Shown: positions 18,666 through 27,603, counted from the stretch's first letter. The stretch is DNA of 64,000 bases from Acidobacteriota bacterium (GCA_965205345.1 CBDBGQ010000036.1:65463-129462), one strand, 5' to 3'. Made by a program: numbers and translations. Notes: generated by a model not told the origin, from the sequence alone.

Positions 18666-19325
18666 CTAATACTGGCGGACGATTTCAACGCCTTTGGGAG
18701 GTTTAAACCTGAATCTCCGGTCGGGAATACTGGCATCCTCCCGGACGTTCTTCAAGATGTAGTCATTTCTTGCCCCGATCGGCTCAATGGCGACGAGCCT
18801 CTCAATTTGGTAAGAAGAGGGGGCAATTTCCAGCAATATCTGGGAAAGGGATGCCTCTTCCTCCCGCGGTGTAAGCCGGATCAGGAAGTTCTCATCCTGG
18901 TGGGGCAGCTCCTCCGTCTCAAAGACAATTTCAAAGTCTCGAGCAACCTGCCCCTCCCCCATCAGAAACAGAAAGAGCGGATCATCTTCTAGTTCGTAAA
19001 TGAATACCTGGCGGTCTCGAGGAACGTAGAAATAGGCCCGTTTGCCGTTCGCGATCAAGTATTTCTCAACCGGGTCTCGGTATTCCCAGTACATTTTCCG
19101 GGGTTTCTTGAGCATGAGAATGCCGTGCTCTTCGTCTCTCACCATGTGAGCTCTGTAGACCTGACTAAAATCTGCCTGCAGTGTGCGGATTCCGCGGTAG
19201 TGCTTCTGACTGAGCTGAACAACCTCGAGGGCAGAGACTTCCGCTCCGACTGCTTCTGCACCCCAGTTCCCCTCCATCAGCGCTACCAGCAGAAGGGCAA
19301 GAACCTGACCACTCCGGTATCTCAT
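18666..19325 (-). CDS. LolA-like outer-membrane lipoprotein carrier / lipoprotein-sorting protein
   Basis: Signal peptide; 219 aa. Composition and length fit the LolA fold (open beta-barrel family). It lies upstream of lspA. Confidence 0.55.
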   Translation of the reverse strand: MRYRSGQVLALLLVALMEGNWGAEAVGAEVSALEVVQLSQKHYRGIRTLQADFSQVYRAHMVRDEEHGILMLKKPRKMYWEYRDPVEKYLIANGKRAYFYVPRDRQVFIYELEDDPLFLFLMGEGQVARDFEIVFETEELPHQDENFLIRLTPREEEASLSQILLEIAPSSYQIERLVAIEPIGARNDYILKNVREDASIPDRRFRFKPPKGVEIVRQY

Positions 19326-19825
19326 TCGCTGTCGGGGCTCCCCTCGGTGACTTCCTGGTTGTGGCTCCCAAACAGACTGAGCGCCAGAATCAGCAGGACT
19401 CCAGTCGTGATCGCTGAGTCAGCCAGGTTGAAAGTCGGCCAGGCAAAGACATCACGCCAGTGCAGTTTAATGAAATCAACCACGTACTGGTGGGTCAGAC
19501 GGTCAACGAAATTGCCGAGAATGCCGCCCAGCACCAGCCCCAGAGCCACGAAGATGACGTGCTCGTCGACAGGCGTAGTCCAGATGTAATAGAGAACCAT
19601 GCACATGGCGACAACAGCCAGCAGACTCAGAAGGGGGCTTTTCCACTGGGACTGGACATCGTTGAACAATCCAAAGGCAATTCCCGTGTTTTCGACGTAG
19701 TGAATGGTGACGAATTCCTCGAAGATCGGGTAATACTGGAGCCACAGGCTGGTCTTCACCCACCACTTGGTCAAGAGGTCGGCTGCGAAGACAATGAATG
19801 CCAGTGAAATGGACAGCTTGCGCAT
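19322..19825 (-). CDS. lspA: Lipoprotein signal peptidase II
   Basis: 'FNLADSAITTGV' hallmark and 4 TM helices are present. The start is taken at MRKLSISLAF; the upstream 77 codons of the ORF run through the repeat array. Confidence 0.85.
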   Translation of the reverse strand: MRKLSISLAFIVFAADLLTKWWVKTSLWLQYYPIFEEFVTIHYVENTGIAFGLFNDVQSQWKSPLLSLLAVVAMCMVLYYIWTTPVDEHVIFVALGLVLGGILGNFVDRLTHQYVVDFIKLHWRDVFAWPTFNLADSAITTGVLLILALSLFGSHNQEVTEGSPDSE

Positions 19826-19874
19826 CTCAGGTGCAGTGCGCTGACATCCCGCAGCGCGGCCCGACATTATATGC

Positions 19875-19980
19875 GTTCCACGTTCCATGTTCCAGGTGGG
19901 TTCTAGGTTCTGGGTTCTGGGTTCTGGAAATTTGGGATCCAAGCGTGGAACGTGGAACTTGGAACGTGGAACCTGGAACG
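19875..19980. repeat. Composite inverted heptamer structure: (ACGTTCC)-type arm, (GGGTTCT)4 spacer, (GGAACNT)-type arm
   Basis: gttccacgttccatgttccagg tgggttctaggttctgggttctgggttctgg ... gtggaacgtggaacttggaacgtggaacctggaacg. Confidence 0.85.
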
Positions 19981-20052
19981 CCGCGAGCGACAGCGAGTGG
20001 TTTCCTAGCAGCCCGTAACCCGAAGGGCACCAGGGCTTTGCGCCCAGTGCGA

Positions 20053-20913
20053 TCAACGGAGGTTGAAGGTGACTTCAATGGTCGCCCAAACATCGACGGA
20101 CTGACCATTGCGCATTCCCGGCCGGAATTTCCAATTCGAGGCGATTTCTCTGATGGCGTTTTCCTCGAGACCGTATCCCAGTCCCCGCACGACGCTCAGA
20201 GTGTCCACCCGGCCGTTCCTTCGCACAATACCCCGCAGCAGCACAACTCCCTGTACCTTGGCCTTGATGGCCTGGTCCGTATAGGAAGGGGTCGTCTTGA
20301 CCAGCAGGACCGGCATGCTGACGTCCCCTCCCACCTGAAAGATGCCGCCACCTCCGCCGGCTCCATCACCAAGGCCCTGCCGCCCGATTCCAAGGCCGCC
20401 CTGGTCTCCCAGTCCCCTGCCTCCACGGGAAGGAGGACCTGGGGGTGCCTCGATTTCGCCGATGCTGAGGTCGATTGTGAGCTCTTCCAGAACCCTCGGA
20501 AGTTCAACAGCAACCCGGCGGATGGGCTCGGGAGCGTTGGGGGTCGGATCGGGAATAGGGACAAATCTGGGCTTGGGCTTGGGAACCACTGGTTTGGGCT
20601 TGGGAGGAGGCGCGGCGGGCCGACCTGCGGCACCCTCGAGTTTGGCTGGGCGGGCCAGTTGCTTGATGACAAATTTGTCCGCTGTCAGGGGCAGCTCGTT
20701 TGCCCCAAAATGGGGCCAAACGATGAGTATGAGGAAGAGATGGAAAAGGAGTGCGAAAATCGCCGCAACCACCAGGGGGCGCCGTCCAGAGACATCCTCG
20801 TTGAAGATGTTGCAGGGGTCGTCAACAAAGGCCAAGCGCTCGCTCTCCACGATTCTGAGAGCAAACAGCCACTCAACGAAATCCCGGAATCCACTCTTCA
20901 GTCCGTGTGCCAT
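20053..20913 (-). CDS. tonB: TonB-family energy transducer (N-terminal TM anchor, Pro-rich spacer, C-terminal TonB domain)
   Basis: 'PAAPPPKPKPVVPKPKPRFVPIPDPTP' spacer is present. The C-terminal 90 aa fit the TonB_C fold. Confidence 0.7.
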   Translation of the reverse strand: MAHGLKSGFRDFVEWLFALRIVESERLAFVDDPCNIFNEDVSGRRPLVVAAIFALLFHLFLILIVWPHFGANELPLTADKFVIKQLARPAKLEGAAGRPAAPPPKPKPVVPKPKPRFVPIPDPTPNAPEPIRRVAVELPRVLEELTIDLSIGEIEAPPGPPSRGGRGLGDQGGLGIGRQGLGDGAGGGGGIFQVGGDVSMPVLLVKTTPSYTDQAIKAKVQGVVLLRGIVRRNGRVDTLSVVRGLGYGLEENAIREIASNWKFRPGMRNGQSVDVWATIEVTFNLR

Positions 20914-21356
20914 GGTCTCCGCAAAAGTCAGTATTGTAATGAGCGCGAAGGCCTGCCTTCAACACCCTTCACTACAATCCGATGCCGGCCCTCTGGAAAA
21001 GTCTCACTCGGCCCGCCCATCGCCCGCGGGTCAGCATCGCCCCTTACTATGACGCAAGCCAGGGTTCCCGGGTTCCCTAACACCGCCATCCCATGCTACT
21101 CCAATTGCTTGAGTAAGGTAACGTCTCATCGTATTCACACAAGCGTGCCTTTATTGCCATATCGAACGAACGGGGTACTTAGTGTTCCAGACTTAGCCAG
21201 GGAGCTGTTTAGCGCCTTGCCTTTGCCCGTGCCTGGGCCTGTCGCGTTTTTCTGGCCTGGAACGTTATTAGCCCTCCATGCTGACCGGGTTGGTCAAGAG
21301 CCTTGATGGAACGCAACGGTCGGCGGCTCAATGTGCTTCAGTTCCTCGTTTTGGTG

Positions 21357-21412
21357 TTGAAGGCAAGTCTCAAGCGAACCTAGGAAACGCAATGAGCGAA
21401 GTGAATAAAGAT
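21357..21412. repeat. 56-bp dispersed repeat, type D copy 1
   Basis: ttgaaggcaagtctcaagcgaacctaggaaacgcaatgagcgaagtgaataaagat is about 80% identical to 22752-22806. Confidence 0.7.
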
Positions 21413-21470
21413 GGGGTCAGGGCAAAGGCAAGGGCGAGGGCACAGGCAAGAAGAGGACGCTGAACACGTA

Positions 21471-22136
21471 CTAAGCTGGTAGTTCCCATGACGCAAGCAG
21501 ACTTCGGGTTCGCTCCAGAGGAGGACGACAGGTCGGCAGGTCAACCATCAAAGTCTTCAAATCTTCTGCCCTGTCCACGTCGTACCAGTGCGGCAGTTCA
21601 TACCAGCGCCGGCCACCGAGACGGGTGCGAGTCTGAGCCAGAACCTGCGAGGTCCCCCAGGCGATACCCTGAAAGATTTCCGGAGCAGGTTCGGAGAGGC
21701 CGAGCAGATAGTACCCTCCATCGGCAACGGGGCCCAGGACAACCGGATAGTCGTGAAGCTCCCGATAAGCCTCTTCGATGTGAGAAAGGGGGAGAGTCGG
21801 AGAATCAGCTCCCATGAACACGACTCTGTGACTCGTCTCAGCCAGTTCCAGATAGGCATTCCACAGACGCTGTCCCAGGTCATTGCCCAACTGGCGCCGG
21901 ATGGGGAGATGGTCCGGAAGGCAATGACGCCTGGCCAGGTTCCTGTTCTCCTCGTCGCTCGAGTCGGCCAGAAAAAGAAACAGGTTGGCGGGAAGAAGAG
22001 CCAGGCGGTCAATGACGTCGAGCAGGAAGGCCTCGTAAAGCTGCAGGGCTGGCCCGTCACCAATCGAGGCCGCAATCCTGGTCTTCACCCTGCCGGATCG
22101 GGGAAAGCGAGCAAAAAGAGCCAGAGCTTCACTCAA
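21471..22136 (-). CDS. DUF2064-family protein (MobA-like nucleotidyltransferase fold; TIGR04282-type)
   Basis: 'LALFARFPRSGRVKTRIA...GPVADGGYYLLGL' is characteristic of DUF2064. Confidence 0.6.
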   Translation of the reverse strand: MSEALALFARFPRSGRVKTRIAASIGDGPALQLYEAFLLDVIDRLALLPANLFLFLADSSDEENRNLARRHCLPDHLPIRRQLGNDLGQRLWNAYLELAETSHRVVFMGADSPTLPLSHIEEAYRELHDYPVVLGPVADGGYYLLGLSEPAPEIFQGIAWGTSQVLAQTRTRLGGRRWYELPHWYDVDRAEDLKTLMVDLPTCRPPLERTRSLLASWELPA

Positions 22137-22665
22137 TCCGGACTTCCAGGTTCCAGAAAATGAAGTCTCTCCAGCTGTCGGGCGGCTTGCGCTGCTGCAA
22201 CTTCAGTCGAATCTTGTGGTGAAAGCCGTTCGGTGCTTTCGGCTTCTTCAACAGGCCCAGCCCGGCCTCCTCGGGCGTTCGGTTTCCTTTCCTCCGATTG
22301 CAGACCACGCAACAGGTCACTATGTTTTCCCAGGTCTTCGGCCCGCCGCGGGCTACCGGGATCACATGATCATAGGTTAATTGAGCTGCTGTGTAGCGGC
22401 GCTTGCAGTACTGGCAGGTGTGGTGATCGCGGGCGTAGATGTTGGTTCGGGAAAAGCGAACTCGACTGTGATGAGGCCGCAGCTTCACATAGTGCAGAAG
22501 GCGCAGGACCGAGGGCATCTGGATGGTCAGCGAAACGCTTCGAATCTCTCGATCGTACTCGGCGACTACTTCGACCTTGTCCTGAAACAGCATTCGAACT
22601 GCGCGTCGCCAGGAAACAATCTGAATCGGCTCGTAGGTAGCATTCAAGACGAGTGTCGAATCCAT
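22129..22665 (-). CDS. HNH endonuclease family protein
   Basis: 'CQYCKRR...YDHVIPVARGG..TWENIVTCCVVCNRRKG' HNH motif is present. It overlaps the DUF2064 gene by 8 nt. Confidence 0.8.
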   Translation of the reverse strand: MDSTLVLNATYEPIQIVSWRRAVRMLFQDKVEVVAEYDREIRSVSLTIQMPSVLRLLHYVKLRPHHSRVRFSRTNIYARDHHTCQYCKRRYTAAQLTYDHVIPVARGGPKTWENIVTCCVVCNRRKGNRTPEEAGLGLLKKPKAPNGFHHKIRLKLQQRKPPDSWRDFIFWNLEVRIE

Positions 22666-22751
22666 CTCTCTTCAGGCCCCTGGAGGGAACTCCCGGCTAG
22701 TTCCGGGTAAGAGACTCTAGCATAACGATTCTCAAGTCGCCTCTTTCCCGT

Positions 22752-22832
22752 TCAAGGCAAAACTCAGGCGAACCAGGGAAACGCAGTGAGCAAAGTGAAC
22801 AAAGATTATCGTATTTCATGAAAGGGAGTATT
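22752..22832. repeat. Type D repeat copy 2 (22752-22806) followed by a solo MITE-C-like terminal motif (atcgtatttcatgaaagggagtat)
   Basis: Direct sequence comparison with 21357-21412 and with the 3' end of the element at 34693-34962. Confidence 0.65.
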
Positions 22833-22907
22833 TAATACTTGAAGTTTGAGCTCTCGAGAAATAGAAAAGAGTCTTCGATTCAAACCTGAAAAGGGGGTTT
22901 CAGACAC

Positions 22908-23198
22908 GTGCGCTCCTTTCGATCCTTCTTCTCAACTGTCCTCCACGAAGCCCGGGCGGATCCCGAGGCTCTGGTCGCGGTCCTGCAGGGGCTGTGGCCT
23001 CACCTCACGGGAGAAGAGATCTCCGCCCACAGTCGGCCCGTCAGCCTTCGCCGGTCCACGCTGGTTGTTGAAGTGGCTTCCACGAGATGGACCGGGGAAC
23101 TGGCTGGCCTCGAGCAGATGCTGGTTGAGAAAATCAATCGTTTCTGGGACGAAAAACTGATTGATCGAATTGAGTTCCGGAGACGTCTAAGGCAGTGA
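22908..23198 (+). CDS. DUF721 (DciA-like) small protein
   Basis: 96 aa. '...HSRPVSLRRSTLVVEVASTRWTGELAGLEQMLVEKINRF' matches the DUF721 pattern (the domain family to which the replicative-helicase-associated factor DciA belongs). Confidence 0.5.
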   Translation: MRSFRSFFSTVLHEARADPEALVAVLQGLWPHLTGEEISAHSRPVSLRRSTLVVEVASTRWTGELAGLEQMLVEKINRFWDEKLIDRIEFRRRLRQ

Positions 23199-23346
23199 CG
23201 TAGTCGCTCCTGCGGTCCCCCGGGGAAGACCTGTCGAGTTGTTTCCAGGCGAGCCGGCGACTTATAATTGAATGTTCTTATGCGCAAGCAATTGTGGGGA
23301 GACTGATCTACGCAGAGCCAGTCCATCTTGTCATAATTGAGAAGAA

Positions 23347-25344
23347 ATGATCGCTTTTTTACTCGCAGCCCTCTTGATGGCTCTTCCCCCGGCCCAGAGC
23401 CCCACGGACCCGGGATCGCATTCTGAGCAGGCGCGGGCCTATTACCACTTCAGCCTTGCCCAGTTTCTCCGACTTGAGGGCGAGCAGGAGCGAGCTGTCG
23501 AAGAGCTTCGCAATGCCCTCGAGTACGATCCCGAAAGCTCCAGCCTGCACTTTTCTCTGGCTCAGTCCCTGGCCGACACCGGCCTTCTGGAAGAATCTAT
23601 CCATGAGTGCGAGAAAGCCATCGAACTGGATTCCAACAACCCCGATCCCCACTTCCTTCTAGGCTTGATCTACAAGAGTCTCTTTCGAAGGGGCCGGACT
23701 CAAGTTCTGGAACCGGCCATCCAGGAACTCACCCGGGCCATCGAGCTGGACCCCCGCAACCTGGAAGCCCTTTCGGCCCTGGGTCAGCTTTATTCTGACA
23801 CCCAGCGCTGGGAAGATGCAGCCCGCACCTACCAGGAGTTGAGGACGCTCCGCCCCGACATCCACAGGGTTGATCTGTTGCAGGCCCGGGCCCTGGCCAA
23901 CCTGGGCAGGACGGAAGAGGCGATCGATGTGCTGCTGGATCCTTCTGAGGATCCGGCCAGCCAGTTCGATCGGCTGGTCCTGCTGGCACAGCTCTACGTG
24001 AGCACAGATAGATTCGATGATGCCATCGACACCTATGAACAGGCCGTCGAGCTGACCCCGGAGGGCCAGAATCGCTGGAATCTTCAGTTCACCCTGGGAG
24101 GCCTGCTGATCCACCAGTCTCGCTTCGCAGAGGCCGAGGAGGTTCTCCGGAAGGTGGTGGAGGGCGGCTCAACCGACCCTCAGGCGCTGGTCGAACTGGG
24201 AAAGGCCCAGGAAGGGTCGCGTCACTACGCCACAGCCGTGGAGAGCTTTCAAGAGGTCCTGAAGCTAGAACCGGACAACCTGGAAGCCAACTACTACCTG
24301 GCTTCTTCCCTGAGAAACCTGGGACGGCGGGATGAAGCCATCGAGCGACTTCACCATCTCCTGAGTCTCACCGAGTCAGCCTCCGCCTCCTCTTCGCCTG
24401 CGGACCGCCGCCGCGGAACTCGCTTCCGACAGTTTCTGGGCGTTCTGTACCAGGAGACGCGGCAACACGAGAAGTCGATTGAGCTGTTCCAGGAGCTGTG
24501 CCGGGACCAGCCCGATGATGTACAGGCAAAGCTTGGTCTCGTCTTTGCGCTGAAAGAAGGAGGCAGGCTCGACGAAGCTCGAAAACTCAGCTCCGAGCTA
24601 CTGGCGCAGGAACCTGAAGATCTGAACATCCTGATTACTCATGCCCGGATTCTCTCCAGCGATGGTGAGCTCGAGGCGGCCGCTCGGTTGCTCAAAGAAG
24701 AGCTGCGAAGGAAGCAGGAAAACAGCCCCGGTGATGAGGAAGAAGAAGAATATTACCTGTCTGTCAGCCAGCTTTACAGCGAGCATCGCCATTACGATAT
24801 GGCCCAGCAAGTTCTGGAAGAAGGTCTTGTTCAGCACCCCGGAAGTCAGGCCCTGATTTTTAACCTGGGTTCGGTGTTCGAGCGTCTGAATCAGATCGCC
24901 TCAGCTGAAGGACAGTTCAAGAAGGTACTGGCGGAGAATCCGGAACATGCGGCCGCCTTGAACTATCTCGGTTACATGCTGGCCGATCGGGAACTACGAC
25001 TTAAGGAGGCACTGGGGTACATTGAGCGGGCCCTGGCTCAGGACCCTCACAACGGTGCCTACCTGGACAGCCTGGGCTGGGTATACTTCAAGCTCAATCA
25101 GTTTGAGCTGGCCGAAAAGAACCTGCAGAAGGCGACAAAGATCAACGACCAGGACCCGACTATCCTTGAACATCTGGGTGACCTCTACCTCAGACTAGGT
25201 GACCACTCTGGAGCTCTGAACTACTACCGCAAATCAGTGGCCCTGGCGGAGGATCCCGAGGAGCTTGAGAAGGTCGAGGCGAAGCTGGTGTCCCTGGAGA
25301 AAGAGTTCCCAAAAACAAGCCGGTATCGGAAAGAGAACCGCTGA
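23347..25344 (+). CDS. Secreted tetratricopeptide-repeat protein (at least 12 TPR units), 665 aa
   Basis: Signal peptide, then repeated 34-aa TPR motifs (A..Y..LG..Y....A...Y..AL..DP). Confidence 0.8.
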   Translation: MIAFLLAALLMALPPAQSPTDPGSHSEQARAYYHFSLAQFLRLEGEQERAVEELRNALEYDPESSSLHFSLAQSLADTGLLEESIHECEKAIELDSNNPDPHFLLGLIYKSLFRRGRTQVLEPAIQELTRAIELDPRNLEALSALGQLYSDTQRWEDAARTYQELRTLRPDIHRVDLLQARALANLGRTEEAIDVLLDPSEDPASQFDRLVLLAQLYVSTDRFDDAIDTYEQAVELTPEGQNRWNLQFTLGGLLIHQSRFAEAEEVLRKVVEGGSTDPQALVELGKAQEGSRHYATAVESFQEVLKLEPDNLEANYYLASSLRNLGRRDEAIERLHHLLSLTESASASSSPADRRRGTRFRQFLGVLYQETRQHEKSIELFQELCRDQPDDVQAKLGLVFALKEGGRLDEARKLSSELLAQEPEDLNILITHARILSSDGELEAAARLLKEELRRKQENSPGDEEEEEYYLSVSQLYSEHRHYDMAQQVLEEGLVQHPGSQALIFNLGSVFERLNQIASAEGQFKKVLAENPEHAAALNYLGYMLADRELRLKEALGYIERALAQDPHNGAYLDSLGWVYFKLNQFELAEKNLQKATKINDQDPTILEHLGDLYLRLGDHSGALNYYRKSVALAEDPEELEKVEAKLVSLEKEFPKTSRYRKENR

Positions 25345-25402
25345 CCCGCTCTCATTTGCAGCATTTACCTGTGCGGACAGTCGCCTTGCCTGGAGTGTTA
25401 CT

Positions 25403-25428
25403 CGTTCCACGTTCCACGTTCCACGTTC
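25403..25428. repeat. (ACGTTCC)n heptamer array, about 3.5 units
   Basis: cgttccacgttccacgttccacgtt lies upstream of ispE. Confidence 0.8.
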
Positions 25429-25449
25429 GACGGAAGTCAAGTCAGCACC

Positions 25450-26376
25450 GTGAGCAAAACACGAATCAAGTCGTTTGCCAAGATCAACTGGATCTTTAAG
25501 GTTCTGGGCCGCCGCCCGGATTCCTTCCACGAAGTGAGCACAGTACTGCAAACCGTCGACCTGGCTGATCGGATCTCGATCGAGCTGCTCACTTCGGACG
25601 GGATCGAGCTGAAAACAACGGGTTACGAGGTCGCGCAGGGCGAGGACAATCTTGTCCATCGTGCTGCCTGCCTGCTGAAGCGGGAATTCTCGGTTCAGAC
25701 CGGGGCCAGGATCTTTCTGGAGAAACGGATTCCTGTAGGGGCCGGCCTGGGTGGAGGGTCTTCCAATGCCGCGATTGTCCTGCTGGGATTGAATCGACTC
25801 TGGGACTGTGGGGCGGATCCGGAACGTCTACACAAACTGGGTCAGAAACTCGGCTCTGATGTCCCGTTCTTCCTGCTGGGGGGCACGGCCTGGGGACGGG
25901 GTCGGGGCGAACAACTCAGACCTCTGCCGGATCCCCCAAACGAAGAGCTTGTCCTCTGCTACCCGGGCTTCTCCATGTCGACGGCAGAGGCCTATGCCAT
26001 GGGGCAGTGGGCCCCTCTGAACAAGCCCCCTAAATGGTTGACAAAGACCGGGACGGATACTAAAATCCGACGCTTCTGTGATTATGCGGAGAATGGTCGA
26101 CGGGTTCATGTGCTTATTGAGAACGATTTCGAAGCCCCTCTTCTGAAACGCTTTCCGCAACTCGCAGAAACCCATCGGGCGGTGGAGAAGGCGGGGTGCG
26201 AATGTGTCGCACTTTGTGGAAGTGGTTCGACGCTTCTCGGAGTTCCTGCACGAAGCCCAACAAAACTGGTGGCGGAAAGACTCTCTCACGCCGGGGTAGG
26301 ACAGGTCTTTCAGACCTCGACTCTGGCCCGGCATCAGTACAGGGCAGCTCTTCAGGAGACCGGGATCGGGCTCTAG
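25450..26376 (+). CDS. ispE: 4-diphosphocytidyl-2-C-methyl-D-erythritol kinase
   Basis: 'KINWIFKVLGRRPDSFHEV' and GHMP ATP motif 'PVGAGLGGGSSNAA' are present. Its TAG stop is the TA flank of the downstream MITE. Confidence 0.9.
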   Translation: MSKTRIKSFAKINWIFKVLGRRPDSFHEVSTVLQTVDLADRISIELLTSDGIELKTTGYEVAQGEDNLVHRAACLLKREFSVQTGARIFLEKRIPVGAGLGGGSSNAAIVLLGLNRLWDCGADPERLHKLGQKLGSDVPFFLLGGTAWGRGRGEQLRPLPDPPNEELVLCYPGFSMSTAEAYAMGQWAPLNKPPKWLTKTGTDTKIRRFCDYAENGRRVHVLIENDFEAPLLKRFPQLAETHRAVEKAGCECVALCGSGSTLLGVPARSPTKLVAERLSHAGVGQVFQTSTLARHQYRAALQETGIGL

Positions 26377-26473
26377 TGCAGCCCGCCATAAGTTCTGAGC
26401 CACGTTCAGACGCCCCTCCCCGCCGCTGGCGTTGTTGCGCTGACCCTGGCTCAGAACTTATGGCGAGCTGCAC
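26377..26473. mobile_element. MITE-like palindromic element type A (97 bp; about 28-bp terminal inverted repeats GTGCAGCCCGCCATAAGTTCTGAGCC), TA-flanked
   Basis: A perfect long hairpin is read directly. A second copy lies at 56867-57028 with the internal loop inverted plus a 60-bp insert. Confidence 0.75.
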
Positions 26474-26475
26474 TA

Positions 26476-26633
26476 GTGTGCTGTCTGGGAAGTTCGCGGG
26501 GTTAATTCGGGATGGATTTTCGTCGCCAGTGAGGCGCGCGACGCAGGAATGCCGGGAGTCTTTCGAGGAGCGCAACAAAGCTGTCGGCGAAAAGACGCCC
26601 GAAGTAGCGTCGTGAACTTTCCGGATAGTACAC
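26476..26633. mobile_element. MITE-like element type B (158 bp; 24-bp TIR GTGYRCTGTCYGGRAAGTYCRCG), TA-flanked, abutting type A
   Basis: A second copy lies at 47109-47266, about 90% identical over its full length. Confidence 0.75.
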
Positions 26634-26635
26634 TA

Positions 26636-26665
26636 GCAGTCCGTGTTGAAAGTCGCGCGCTAGGG
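26636..26665. repeat. Solo copy of an IS1182-like terminal-IR motif (TAGCAGYCCGTGKTGAAARTCGCGCGC)
   Basis: Similar to the IS IR at 781-801 and to 35988-36018. Confidence 0.5.
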
Positions 26666-26673
26666 AGTTTCAC

Positions 26674-27603
26674 ATGCTGAAAGTTTTTGCTGGAAGTTCG
26701 AATCCGGAATTAGCGGAGGAGATCTGTCAGTACCTGGGTGTCCCCCCGGGCGAACAGTCTCTGCGACGCTTCAGCGACGGTGAGGTCGCTTACCAGGTTC
26801 TGGAAAACGTGCGAGGAGCAGATGTCTTTGTAGTCCAACCCAGTTGTCCGCCTGTCAATGAAAGCATCATGGAGATGCTGATCATGATCGACGCCTTCAA
26901 GCGTGCGTCGGCTCGACGGATAACGGCTGTCTTGCCCTATTACGGATACGCCCGACAGGACCGGAAAGACAAGCCCCGAGTCCCCATCTCTGCCAAGATT
27001 GTGGGAGATCTGCTGACTGCGGTCGGAGCCAGCCGCCTGTTGACAATGGACCTGCACGCGGGCCAGATTCAGGGCTTCCTGAACATCCCGGTGGATCATC
27101 TTTTTGCGGCTCCGGTGATTCTGGAACATCTGGCAACTCTCGGGCTGAACGACCCGGCCATCGTGTCACCTGATGCCGGTGGCGTTGAGCGGGCGCGCTT
27201 TTACGCAGAGCGCCTGAAGGCCAATCTTGCCATCATTGACAAACGTCGGGTTGTCGCCAATGAGGCCGAAATCATGAACATTATCGGTGATGTGCGGGGC
27301 CAGGAGGTGGTTGTGGTGGACGACATGATTGACACCGCCGGCACCCTGGTCAAGGCGGCACAAGCCCTCAAAGATCAGGGGGCTACACGCGTTTATGCAG
27401 CGGCCAGCCACGGGGTACTGTCGGGACCCGCCATACAAAGACTTCGCGAGTCTCCCGTGGAAGAAGTGATCGTGACCAATTCAATCACAGTGACCGAGGG
27501 AAAACGAATCGACAAGCTGACCATCCTGAGTGTTGCCTCACTGCTGGGTGAGGCGATTCGATCCATTCACGAGGAAACCTCGGTCAGCAAACTGTTCATT
27601 TAA
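26674..27603 (+). CDS. prs: Ribose-phosphate pyrophosphokinase
   Basis: PRPP-binding motif 'VVVDDMIDTAGT' is present; 309 aa. Confidence 0.9.
   Translation: MLKVFAGSSNPELAEEICQYLGVPPGEQSLRRFSDGEVAYQVLENVRGADVFVVQPSCPPVNESIMEMLIMIDAFKRASARRITAVLPYYGYARQDRKDKPRVPISAKIVGDLLTAVGASRLLTMDLHAGQIQGFLNIPVDHLFAAPVILEHLATLGLNDPAIVSPDAGGVERARFYAERLKANLAIIDKRRVVANEAEIMNIIGDVRGQEVVVVDDMIDTAGTLVKAAQALKDQGATRVYAAASHGVLSGPAIQRLRESPVEEVIVTNSITVTEGKRIDKLTILSVASLLGEAIRSIHEETSVSKLFI

Noticed and set aside
19798-21306. A 502-aa ORF on the plus strand.
   Set aside because: It is antisense to tonB and lspA, runs through repeat arrays, and has a low-complexity Pro/Gly/Arg-rich composition typical of a high-GC antisense frame.
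26114-26578. ORFs containing 'AISSEPGSA' / 'DENPSRIN' peptides (26114-26578, 26196-26615, 46912-47172, 56866-57159).
   Set aside because: They are translations of MITE types A and B. The same peptides recur because the DNA is repeated, not because a protein family exists.
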